This document shows, piece after piece, positions 51,485 to 61,287 of a stretch of DNA of 64,000 nt. The stretch comes from Planctomycetota bacterium. Lineage in GTDB: Bacteria; Planctomycetota; Planctomycetia; Pirellulales; Lacipirellulaceae. The notes under the pieces are model-generated. The model did no database searches. It saw only the letters and a program-made list of their open reading frames with translations, and was not told the origin of the DNA. The stretch covers positions 1 to 64,000 of the forward strand of contig JBCCXZ010000013.1 in NCBI GenBank assembly GCA_039190745.1. Direction: 5' to 3'. A program made the translations under genes and the position numbers. Each line of letters starts with the position of its first letter. The first letter of the stretch is position 1.

Positions 51485-52726
51485 CTAGGGCTTGGCGACG
51501 ATCAACACCGAGTTGATGCCCAGCATGCCGAACGAGTTGTTAAGGATGTACTGGATGGGCTGCTCGCGGGCCTCGTTGAGCACCAGGCCGGGCAGATCGC
51601 ACTCGGGGTCGAGGTTGTCGACGTTGATCGTCGGGTGGCAGACGCCGTCTTCGAAGCTTGGGAGATTGCCGGCGAGTTCGAGCGAGCCGGCGGCTCCCAT
51701 CGCGTGGCCGATGAAGCTCTTGGTGTTGTTGATCATGGTGCGGTCGCTGCCGCCAAAGACGCGTCGCAACGCCTCGCACTCTTGGATGTCTCCGCTGGAC
51801 GTGGCGGTGGCGTGCGTGCTGACGATGTCGATGTCTTCGGCGTTTAGCCGGGCCCGTTGCAAAGCGAGCTCGATGCAACGAGACTGCTGGTCGGGGTTGG
51901 GGAGGACGAAGTCGCTGGCGTCGCTGTTCATGGCGTAGCCGACGATCTCGCCGTAGACTTTGGCGCCGCGTCGGCGGGCAACGGGCAGGCGCTCCAGCGT
52001 GTAGAGGCAGCCGCCCTCGGAAACGACGATGCCGTTGCGGTCGCGGTCGAAGGGGCGTGAGGCGAGCGCCGGGTCGTCGTGCTCGGCCAGTGCGCCCTGG
52101 CTTGCGAAGCCGGCGAAGATGCCGAACGTGTGGATGCTCTCAGAGACGCCGCCGGCGATGGCGAGGTCGCACTCGCCAAGGGTGAGCATCTGGAGCCCTT
52201 GGATCAGGCCCGCGTTGCCGGCGGCGCAGGCTGCGCCGAGCGTGTAGTGGGGGCCGGTGATGCCCATATTGAGCGAGATCTCGCCCGCGGGGTTGTTCGC
52301 CACGGTGCGGGGGTTGTGGTGGTGGGACCACACCTTCGTGTCGTAGTCGAAGGCTTTGATTTCGTTGATCTCGTTCTCGGTCTCGACGTTGCCGTGCTCG
52401 GTGACGCCGATATAGACGCCGACGCGCTCACGGTCGGTGGCGTCCCAGTCGACGCCGGAGTCGGCCACGGCCTCGCGGGCGCAGAAGATCGCGACGCCGC
52501 CGGCGCGGGTGCCTCGGCGGACCTCCTTGCGTTTCTGGTACCGCAGCTCGTCGAAGTCGCACTGGCCGGCGAGCGTCTTGCCGACGTAGCGGATCTCGTA
52601 ATCGCCCACGCCGCTGCGGCCTGCGAGCAACGCCTCACGGTACTCCGAGAGGGAGTTGCCGTTGGGCGAGGTGAGGCCGACGCCTGTGATCACGATGCGC
52701 TGGTCGTCGTTGGCCGTACGGATCAT
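51485..52726 (-). CDS. fabF: Beta-ketoacyl-ACP synthase (FabF/FabB family)
   Basis: 'RIVITGVG', active Cys 'AACAAG', 'SRPFDRDRNG', His 'STHATAT', 'KSFIGHAMGAAG', 'NNSFG'. Confidence 0.88.
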   Translation of the reverse strand: MIRTANDDQRIVITGVGLTSPNGNSLSEYREALLAGRSGVGDYEIRYVGKTLAGQCDFDELRYQKRKEVRRGTRAGGVAIFCAREAVADSGVDWDATDRERVGVYIGVTEHGNVETENEINEIKAFDYDTKVWSHHHNPRTVANNPAGEISLNMGITGPHYTLGAACAAGNAGLIQGLQMLTLGECDLAIAGGVSESIHTFGIFAGFASQGALAEHDDPALASRPFDRDRNGIVVSEGGCLYTLERLPVARRRGAKVYGEIVGYAMNSDASDFVLPNPDQQSRCIELALQRARLNAEDIDIVSTHATATSSGDIQECEALRRVFGGSDRTMINNTKSFIGHAMGAAGSLELAGNLPSFEDGVCHPTINVDNLDPECDLPGLVLNEAREQPIQYILNNSFGMLGINSVLIVAKP

Positions 52727-52838
52727 TCGTGCAAGCGGTTCCGTCGCGAACGGAGTCGGGCTAAGGGGTGTACCGGGAGAATCGAATCGAACTTCCGAAA
52801 CTACCCGCACCCCCCCGTTTTGACAAGGCAGCAGGGCC

Positions 52839-54131
52839 TCAGCGGCGTCGGGGCTCGGTTTCTAAGTGTGCCCGGTATTGCTCAGCTTGGGTCTGGCGGC
52901 CGAGGCGTTCGGTGATCGCCTCCCAACGCTGGGCGGCAACACGCAGGCTTTCGGCGGGTTGCGCATCACCGGCTGCGGCCGCTAGTACGGCTTCGCCCAA
53001 AGCCGCGGCGTACTCGTCCCAGCCGGCGATCCGCGGGAGCAGCAGCGGGCGCTCTACTAGGAGGCTCTCGGCCGCTGCTTCGGCGGCCCCCGGCCAAGCA
53101 CTGACGCCCGGCCAGAGGTTTGCCTGCTCGATTTGGGAGCGTCGGAAGAACAGCGTCTCATCGCTCGACGAACTGAGCTGGGCGGCCGCGTCGCCGCTGG
53201 CCATCCACCCCAGCAGGCGGAAGGCCGAAGTCGCGTTCCGAGAGTCGGCGCTGACCGAAGCCACCCGGCCGCGGTAGCCCAGCAGCGTGACGGGCCCGCG
53301 GCTCGTCGTAGAGCGCCACTTGTCGGTGACCTCGTCGTAGACCTGCGGCTTGCGCTGCAGAGACTCGGCGGCGGGCACCCCTTCGGGCGGCTCGCCCCAG
53401 AGAGCGGGCCATCCCAGCTGCCATGTGGGTAGATCGTTGGCGGTTCCTCCCGGCGGACGAAGCTCTGCGGCCAGATTCCCAAGAGCACGCTCCATGACCG
53501 GGGTCGTGAGCCGCGGCCGCATCGAGTCGGGGTCGAAGAGCAATGCGTCGGTCCGTCGCTCGGGCAGCAGCGCGAGAGCCCGCGCGATCAGTTCGTGCGC
53601 AAGGGCTGTCGGGTCGGTCGCGCCACTCTTCACCGCCGTACCGTTAAGGCGCATCAGCGGCGGCAAGCCTAAGGGGACGGCAACCGTTTGGCCGTCGAAG
53701 ACCATTGCCGGCCGGACCGCGGGCAGGAGATCGCCGTAGTCGAAGTCGTCGTCATCGAGAACGGAGTCTCGCACCGGGCGGAGCCAGCCGCGGCCGTGCA
53801 AGGCGCCCGTAGCGGACGGCGGGTAGATCAACACGTCGGCGGGCAGCGTTTCGGACTCGAGCAGCTCGGCGAGCGAGGCCTGCTCGACGCGCAGTTCGGC
53901 GCCGGCGCGCTCGGCCCACTCGCCGCGGAGGCGGCCCAAGGCTTCGGCGACCACACCGTCGCCGACGACCAGCACGCTGAGGTTGGCGGCTCTTGGGCGG
54001 GGCTTGCTCAGGGCGCTGCTCGGCGGGGGCGTCGCCTCGCGCTTGCCGCAGCCCAGGGAGCAGAGCAGCAGACAAACCGCCAGCGCAAGCCGCTGACACC
54101 CAACGGCGTGCCTAGAATTGATGGACCGCAT
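52839..54131 (-). CDS. Lipoprotein, extracellular solute-binding protein-like
   Basis: Lipobox-like 'SLGC', 'ADVLIYP', 'DGQTVAVPL', C-terminal 'AAQRWEAITERLGR'. Confidence 0.6.
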   Translation of the reverse strand: MRSINSRHAVGCQRLALAVCLLLCSLGCGKREATPPPSSALSKPRPRAANLSVLVVGDGVVAEALGRLRGEWAERAGAELRVEQASLAELLESETLPADVLIYPPSATGALHGRGWLRPVRDSVLDDDDFDYGDLLPAVRPAMVFDGQTVAVPLGLPPLMRLNGTAVKSGATDPTALAHELIARALALLPERRTDALLFDPDSMRPRLTTPVMERALGNLAAELRPPGGTANDLPTWQLGWPALWGEPPEGVPAAESLQRKPQVYDEVTDKWRSTTSRGPVTLLGYRGRVASVSADSRNATSAFRLLGWMASGDAAAQLSSSSDETLFFRRSQIEQANLWPGVSAWPGAAEAAAESLLVERPLLLPRIAGWDEYAAALGEAVLAAAAGDAQPAESLRVAAQRWEAITERLGRQTQAEQYRAHLETEPRRR

Positions 54132-54203
54132 GTGTTTTCCGAATGCTGCGATTGGACGACACGCACAGGGCGCCTAAGCTGGCGTGGCAGGCAACCATTC
54201 TCT

Positions 54204-54276
54204 TGTGGGAGGCCTCTCCGGGGCCGATTACGGCTCGGGATACTGAGCGTAATCCGGCTCAGAGAGTCCTCCTACA
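54204..54276. repeat. REP doublet family A, copy 4
   Basis: tgtgggaggcctctccggggccgat ... atccggctcagagagtcctcctaca. Confidence 0.8.
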
Positions 54277-54341
54277 GAATCACTCGTTTCAAGACTAACG
54301 CCGGAATGGGCCTCCGCGAAGGCCTCGTGAGAACGCTGCCG

Positions 54342-55984
54342 ATGGACGCCGGTCCCCCGCCACAACCGACGCTCATCATCCGGCTGGCTGAGGTTGCGCT
54401 GATCACGGCGGTCTTCTGGATCGAGGGCGGAGCCCCGGCGCCGCACGTCAATGAGACGTACTACTTGGTGAAGGCCCAGCACTATTGGGACCCCGGGTTC
54501 TGCGCGGGCAACCGGTTCCTGGAATCCGCCGACGCCCACGAGACGTTTTATTGGAGCGTCGGTTGGCTCGCTCAGTGGGTCTCGCTGCCCGCGGCGGCTT
54601 GGATCGGGCGGGGCCTCTGCTGGAGTCTGCTGGCGTTTGCCTGGCAACGGTTGAGTTGGGGGGTGGCGCCGGTGCGGTTCGCCTCGGTGCTTTCGGCGGC
54701 GCTGATGGTGTCGCTGGTCGGGCAGCTGCACTTCGCCGGGGAGTGGGTTGTGGGCGGGGTGGAGAGCAAGTGCTTCGCCTACCCGCTCGTGATGCTGGGA
54801 CTGCACTGGATCGCAGAAAACAAATGGAACCGTGTCTGGCCGGCGCTCGGCTTGGCGGGGGCGTTCCATCCGCTGGTGGGGGGTTGGTCGGTACTGGCCG
54901 CGGGGTGCGTCTGGCTCACCGAGCCGGCAGACTCCCGCCCTGCCCTCCGCGGGATGGCGCCGTGGATCGTCCTGGGCGGCGTTCTCTCCCTGCCGGGCCT
55001 GTGGCCAGCGTTGCGGCTGAACGCGGGCGTCTCGCCGGAAGTCGCCCGGGAGGCGGCCCGGATCTATGTGTTCGACCGATTGGCGCACCACTTGGCGCCG
55101 CTCAGCAAGCCGGGGTTCTGGATTCTCGACCGCGCCGCGCGGCACGCGGTGATGATCGTGCTGTTCGTCGTAGCGTGGCAGTGGCTGAAACCGCGGGCGG
55201 CAGCGCAAGGCTTGGAGAGGGTCTGCCGCTTCGCCGCGGCGACGCTGCTGTTCAGCGCGGCGGGCTTAGCCTGGGAGACGGCGACGGCCGGGGACGAAAC
55301 GCTCGCCGCTTCGCTGCTCCGGTACTACCCTTTCCGGATGGCCGACGTTGCGCTGCCGGTCGCGGTGGCGTTGGCCGCCCCGGCGGTGCTCGTAGCGGTC
55401 GACCGCCGCACGCGGTACACGGCGCCGGCGACCGTGCTGCTCTGCCTGCTACCGGCCTGGCACTTCAGCAGTGTGGTCGCAACACGGCTGGTCGACCCGA
55501 CCGCGCCGGCCGACCGCGGCGTGCTGCTGCCCGACGACTGGGTCGATGTCTGCCGTTGGACCCGGGAGAACACGCCGCCCGACGCGGTGTTCCTCGGCCC
55601 CCGCAGCGGCCAGTCGTTCCACTGGCGGGCCGGGCGGGCCGACGTGGCCAACTGGAAAGACATCCCGCAGGACGCGGCGGGGATCGTCGCCTGGCGTCGG
55701 GTCTGCCGCGACCTGTTCGAAGGGGTCGACGAGGCCGGCCACTGGTACACCTTCTACTCGTTGGCGTCGCAGGGCACGGCCAAGGTCGCCGACAACGCCT
55801 ACCGCTACGGAGCAGACTTCGTCCTCACCGAGCGGTACCCTGTGCTGCAGTTGCCGGTGGTTTACGGCAACGGGTCTTACACGGTGTACTCGGCGGAGGC
55901 CGCCCTGCCCGCTTCTGGACTCCGGCCCCCCCAAACCGAACCTCCTGCGATTCCGCCGCCGCGCCAGACCGAAGATACCGCCCC

Positions 55985-55988
<4 letters not shown>
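54342..55988 (+). CDS. Polytopic membrane protein (DUF6798-like, GT-C-like topology)
   Basis: N-terminal loop 'PHVNETYYLVKA.HYW', many TMs, 'GEWVVGGVESK', soluble C-terminal domain 'WTRENTPPDAVF'. Confidence 0.6.
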
Positions 55989-56677
<689 letters not shown>

Positions 56678-56771
56678 GAACCTAGCGTTCCGTCTCAACC
56701 GTCCCCCCGCCAGTCGCCGATGAGAGGGACGTGTGCGTTTCCCGTACGCACAGACCCAGGGGGAATTCCAA

Positions 56772-57032
56772 ATGAAACGCGCTCTTTGCGCGGGGGCCCT
56801 GTGCATGCTGGCTGCCGCCGGCTGCCGCTACTGTAGCCCCTGCCTCGACTACACGCCGCCGGTCGCTGAGATCCAGTACGACCCGTGCGGCCCACGGGTG
56901 GGCTCCGCCTTCGGCGGGCCTCAGTTTGTCTCGCAACGCGCTGTCACCTCGCCGACGCCGCTACCCGAGGGCGAGCCGATCGACCCGCAACCGACGGCGG
57001 AAGCTAGCGCTCCGGGTGATGCCGCTGATTGA
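56772..57032 (+). CDS. Small Cys-containing lipoprotein
   Basis: GGGGGA RBS, 'MKRALCAGALCMLAAAGC' lipobox, 'CSPCLDY'. Confidence 0.65.
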   Translation: MKRALCAGALCMLAAAGCRYCSPCLDYTPPVAEIQYDPCGPRVGSAFGGPQFVSQRAVTSPTPLPEGEPIDPQPTAEASAPGDAAD

Positions 57033-58110
57033 ATCGGTCGGGGTCGAAAGGGTCTTCAAGACGAGGCTTTTTTGCCGGCGCCGATAGCCGCTGCGCTGAG
57101 GCGGCATGCTTTTCGGTGGAAGCGGAATCCGAGCCGCTGTAGCTAGGCCCCTGGAACTCGACCCGCCCCGGGACCACGCTGGCTGGGCCGGGCTCGACCG
57201 ACGAGGCGGCGACGCGCGCCAGCACTTCTTTCTCAACACCGGCGAACCAGTCGCGGACGATGGCTTGCTGCTTCGGGTTGAGCGGCTGCGAGAGCCGGGC
57301 CCCGGCGAGGCCGTGGGGCCGTCCCGCATGGTCGACCATCCGTTCGGTCGCCTCGGCATCTGCGGTGAGCATCTCGAAGAGCCGGCGGAGGTTGGCCGTG
57401 GTCACGGCGGCGTGGCCGGCGCCGTCGATCGCCAGGCGATCGATCTGGAAAGTTCGGCCAGCAGTGGGAGCATGGCAGCCCGCGGCTCCGCATCCGCGGG
57501 CAAGGATCGGCTGCACACGCGACACAAACTCTCCGCGGATGTCTCGCGGAACCCTCCGCAACCAGCGGGCGTCTTGGAGCGGGTCTTCGAGCTCGGCCTT
57601 GGCCGGCTCTTCTAGAGCCGTGGGCTGCATTTTACGGGCGTGTCGGACCGCTGAGCGGCTCGCCATTGCGGGTTGGACTTGGGCCGCGTTCAGCCGGCGC
57701 ATCAGTGCCGCCACCCGCAGGTTTCGCGGGTCGAGCCGGGTGAGGTCGGCCATGCATTGCTCAGTTATGCCATGCCTTAGGCCCCAGGCGATCAGCTCGC
57801 ACAGCTCGGCGGGATCAGCGGCGGAATCGTCCGTCTGCAGTTCGCGCCGCAACTGGGCGTAGGCTTCTTCGAGCGATCCGCAGATCATCCGCACCTTGTG
57901 GCGGGGCATCCGCAGCAGGCCGTGCGGCTGGGACACGACGTAGCGGTCGTTTTCCAATGAGACGCGCCCCACTAGGACGTTGCTGTTGTGGAGCAGCACC
58001 ACCGAGTCGCCCGGGCGAGCGGGCGTAGCGTGTCCCGCGCGGCCGCAGAAGGCCGCGAGAGCCGACCCGAAGGCCAGAAACCACCACAGTTTTCCGGCGT
58101 GCGGGTGCAT
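57004..58110 (-). CDS. Secreted hypothetical protein with a Cx4CH motif
   Basis: Signal peptide, 'FVSRVQPILARGCGAAGCH'. Confidence 0.6.
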   Translation of the reverse strand: MHPHAGKLWWFLAFGSALAAFCGRAGHATPARPGDSVVLLHNSNVLVGRVSLENDRYVVSQPHGLLRMPRHKVRMICGSLEEAYAQLRRELQTDDSAADPAELCELIAWGLRHGITEQCMADLTRLDPRNLRVAALMRRLNAAQVQPAMASRSAVRHARKMQPTALEEPAKAELEDPLQDARWLRRVPRDIRGEFVSRVQPILARGCGAAGCHAPTAGRTFQIDRLAIDGAGHAAVTTANLRRLFEMLTADAEATERMVDHAGRPHGLAGARLSQPLNPKQQAIVRDWFAGVEKEVLARVAASSVEPGPASVVPGRVEFQGPSYSGSDSASTEKHAASAQRLSAPAKKPRLEDPFDPDRFNQRHHPER

Positions 58111-58263
58111 GGCCGGGGGAGGCTAGGAAGGGCCGCCGGTTGGGTCAAGCCTGGAACGCCCGGTCGGCCGCTTCTATACTATCGCGCCTCGATACTGTCG
58201 CGATCGCGCGGAAGCTAGCGAGCCGCTCTACTGGAAGCCCAGCGTCGGGGTTCGAATAAGCCT

Positions 58264-60078
58264 GTGTCCGATCCCCCGCGAGAACAACTCCGGGCCCGTT
58301 TTGAGGGCCGCGTTCAGGGCGTGGGCTTCCGGATGACCGCACAGGGGGTCGCCGCAGGGTTGCGGGTGGCCGGCTATGTGAGGAACCTCGCCGACGGACG
58401 GGTTGAGCTGGTGGCCGAGGGCCCGCCGGCCGAGTTACACTCATTACTCGCGGGAATCCAGCAGCGGATGCGGGCCAACATCTCCTCGACCGAGCAAGCT
58501 TGGCACGCCGCAACCGGCGAGTACACGGGCTTCGAGATCCGCCGCCAGCTAAGCACCGTACGCCTGCACGACTATCGAATCCGAAATCCACGAACCGAGA
58601 CCGATCCCCGTCCTATGTCGAACCTCCCGATCTGGTTGACCCCCATCTGGCTCTTCTCCGTCGGCGTCGCCGGCGGCCTGCTCGTGGTAGCCGCGGTGGT
58701 CGGCGTCTGCTGGCTGGTGAAACGCCCCGCCGCGGAGGCGATGATCGAGGCAACGAAAGAGGGCATCCTGCTGCCGATCACCTACGTGGCGATCGCGATG
58801 ACCGTGCTCGCCGCGATCGCGGCGCCCATCATGCCGGTGGACCGGATGCTCAGCTCGGTGAAGCGGTTGGGCGCGGTCGGCACGATCGAAACAACCACCA
58901 CGGTGCCCGCGGGCACGAACGACCACAAGCTCACGGTCTCGTTCCGGGCCGACGAGCTGCAGAGCTACTTCTTCAGCAGCGAGCAGGACATCGCGATCAG
59001 CACCGAGCCGGAGAAGGGCTTCATCCAGCCGCTGATCCAGACCGACGGCGGCGCCCCCTACGAGTGGTCGCCCAGCAGCGAGTTCGGCCGCGGTTTCGAG
59101 GACGAGGTCACGGTGCTCTACCTGAGCAACCAGAGCGACCTCGACTCGGAGTTTACCGCCGAGTTTGTGACCGACGTCGAGATGCCGGAGGTGCATCAGC
59201 TCTCTGCGACGGCCTTTTCGGTAATCGGTCTCTACGGCCTCTACTTTTTGCTGCGGATCGTGGCGCCGCGGGCGTCGATTGTCGCCGCGGCGACCGCCAA
59301 GGAGGCCGTCTCGCAGCCGCTGTTTATCTTGCTCACCATCGCCGGCGTCGTGGCGTTGGTCTCCTACATCTTCATCCCGTACAACACGTTCGGCGAAGAC
59401 GTGAAGATGCTGAAGACCTCGGGCATGACCACCATCAAGGTGCTGGCGATCGCCGTTGCGCTGTGGACCGCCAGCGTCTCGATCGCCGACGAGATCGAGG
59501 GCCGCACGGCCCTGACGGTACTCTCTAAGCCGATCGGACGCCGCCAGTTCATCCTCGGGAAATTCTTAGGGATCGTCTGGCCGATCGTGCTGATGTTCGT
59601 GATCCTGGGCATCGTCTTCTTGTTATCGGTCTCGTTCAAAGTGGTGTACGACGCCCGCGAGTCGTCGAAGGTCACGCCGGTTTGGCAGGACTGCTACGTT
59701 GAGGTGGTGCGCATCATCCCGGGGCTGGTGCTCGCTTTCCTTGAGTCGGTGGTCCTGGCTGCGCTCAGCGTTGCGATCTCTACCCGCTTACCGATGCTGC
59801 CGAACCTCATCATCTGCGGCTCGATCTACGTGCTCGGGCACCTGGGGCCGCTGATCGTGAAGAGCGCCGCCGGCGAAATCGTGTTCGTCCGATTTATCGG
59901 GCGATTAATCTCAGTGCTGCTGCCGGTGCTCGACCATTATGAGATCGAAGGGGCGATCGCGGGCGCTTCGACCGTGCCAATGGAGTACCTCGGCTGGGCG
60001 CTGCTGTACACCCTGCTGTACTGCGCCGTGGCGATGCTGCTGGCTCTGATCTTCTTTGAAGACCGCGACTTGGCGTAG
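58264..60078 (+). CDS. Acylphosphatase domain in frame with an ABC-2-type permease (the permease may start separately at ATG 58615)
   Basis: N-terminal 'FEGRVQGVGFR...GYVRNLADGRVELVAEG...FEIR'. C-terminal 'DEIEGRTALTVLSKPIGRRQFILGKFLG', ends 'IFFEDRDLA'. Confidence 0.8.
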   Translation: MSDPPREQLRARFEGRVQGVGFRMTAQGVAAGLRVAGYVRNLADGRVELVAEGPPAELHSLLAGIQQRMRANISSTEQAWHAATGEYTGFEIRRQLSTVRLHDYRIRNPRTETDPRPMSNLPIWLTPIWLFSVGVAGGLLVVAAVVGVCWLVKRPAAEAMIEATKEGILLPITYVAIAMTVLAAIAAPIMPVDRMLSSVKRLGAVGTIETTTTVPAGTNDHKLTVSFRADELQSYFFSSEQDIAISTEPEKGFIQPLIQTDGGAPYEWSPSSEFGRGFEDEVTVLYLSNQSDLDSEFTAEFVTDVEMPEVHQLSATAFSVIGLYGLYFLLRIVAPRASIVAAATAKEAVSQPLFILLTIAGVVALVSYIFIPYNTFGEDVKMLKTSGMTTIKVLAIAVALWTASVSIADEIEGRTALTVLSKPIGRRQFILGKFLGIVWPIVLMFVILGIVFLLSVSFKVVYDARESSKVTPVWQDCYVEVVRIIPGLVLAFLESVVLAALSVAISTRLPMLPNLIICGSIYVLGHLGPLIVKSAAGEIVFVRFIGRLISVLLPVLDHYEIEGAIAGASTVPMEYLGWALLYTLLYCAVAMLLALIFFEDRDLA

Positions 60079-60084
60079 AACGGC

Positions 60085-60159
60085 TGGTGCCATGCCCACG
60101 CTTGCGTGGGCATGTGGTCTGGATTCAGCATGCCCACGCGAGCCTGGGCATGGCACCCA
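60085..60159. repeat. Palindromic doublet, REP-like family B
   Basis: tggtgc-catgcccacgc-tt-gcgtgggcatg ... catgcccacgcgagcctgggcatg-gcacc. Two hairpin units in inverted orientation between convergent genes. Confidence 0.8.
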
Positions 60160-60171
60160 GAACTAGGGGAG

Positions 60172-61287
60172 CTACCCCGCTTTGCGGCGGAGGATGACGG
60201 TGTCGACGGTCGACCAGTTTTCCGCGGCTTCGATGACCGCCGGTACGGGCGTCGCGTGCGGGCCGATCCGACCGCTGTGCGAGCCGTCCCACTGGTGCGC
60301 CTCGACGCACTCGATCACCTGCTCGGCGACGGCCACCGCGTCGCAGCCGTCGGCCCCGCTCACGATCGGCGTCTCGTTGGTGCGGATCGCACGCAGGAAG
60401 TCTTTCTGCTCTTCCAGGATCGCGTTGGCCTCCTCGCCCGGCACCTCTTTGCGGACCAGGTACTCCTGGAACAGCTCGTCACGGAGCCGGCCCAACGCCT
60501 GGGGAGACATGTCGCGGGCCTGCACCTCGCGGCTGAGGACCTGGTCGGTCGGCTCGACCACGGTCGACTTGCGGTTGCCGAAGTCGATCGAGGCGAACCG
60601 TGTTGGTGTGAATACCGACATCGTCCGCTTCACGGCGTAGCTGACCCGCGAGGCGGTGAGCGTGGCGATGCAGCCGGTGGCGAATTTCAGCCGCGCGTTG
60701 ACGATGTCTTCCCCGCCGCCGAAGACGCTCACGCCGAGGGCTTCGACCTTCTCCACGGGGGACTGCACGAGCGAGAGCACCGCATCGATGTCGTGGATCA
60801 TCAGGTCCATCACCACGCCGACGTCGATCGACCGGCCGGTGTAGCCGCTGGCGCGTTCCGCCTCGATGTACTTCGGGTCGTGCAGCCGGCCACAGACGGC
60901 GGTGAACGCGGGGTTGAACCGCTCGACGTGCCCCACCTGCAGGACGAGTTGTTGCTTCTGGGCGAGCTGCACCAGTTCGTCTGCCTCGGCGGCGGTCGGG
61001 CAGATCGGTTTCTCCACCAGCACGTGGACGCCGGCCCGCATGAGGTCGGACGCCACGTCGCGGTGCGTGACGGTGGGTGTAGCGACGACGGCGGCGTCGA
61101 TCTCGCCGATCAGCTCGCGGAAATCGGCGACGGCGCGGCAGCCGTACTCGGCGGCGACGGCTTCGCGGGCCTCGGGCGAAGCATCAGCCACGGCCACAAG
61201 CTCCGTGTCCTCGAGCGACGCCGCGAGCTTGGCGTGGATTTTCCCTAGGTGCCCGACCCCGATAACCGCCAGACGCATTCGACTCAT
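60172..61287 (-). CDS. Gfo/Idh/MocA oxidoreductase (GnnA-like)
   Basis: 'AVIGVGHLGKIH', 'HVLVEKP', 'VGHVERFNP', 'DLMIHDID'. Translationally coupled to lpxA. Confidence 0.85.
   Translation of the reverse strand: MSRMRLAVIGVGHLGKIHAKLAASLEDTELVAVADASPEAREAVAAEYGCRAVADFRELIGEIDAAVVATPTVTHRDVASDLMRAGVHVLVEKPICPTAAEADELVQLAQKQQLVLQVGHVERFNPAFTAVCGRLHDPKYIEAERASGYTGRSIDVGVVMDLMIHDIDAVLSLVQSPVEKVEALGVSVFGGGEDIVNARLKFATGCIATLTASRVSYAVKRTMSVFTPTRFASIDFGNRKSTVVEPTDQVLSREVQARDMSPQALGRLRDELFQEYLVRKEVPGEEANAILEEQKDFLRAIRTNETPIVSGADGCDAVAVAEQVIECVEAHQWDGSHSGRIGPHATPVPAVIEAAENWSTVDTVILRRKAG

Noticed and set aside
36012..54276. REP doublets or periodic repeats as a CRISPR array
   Set aside because: Copies are dispersed and inverted, not tandem direct repeats with unique spacers. 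No cas genes are present.
46213..54323. Identical 16-mer gggcctccgcgaaggc at 46213 and 54308
   Set aside because: One 16-bp GC-rich match in 64 kb is compatible with chance, and its orientation relative to the downstream genes differs.
53688..54341. N-terminal 218 aa of the 766-aa ORF, and likewise the long 5' extension of the 54485-56677 ORF
   Set aside because: These extensions overlap other genes and a REP element. The true starts are more plausibly 54342 and 55985.
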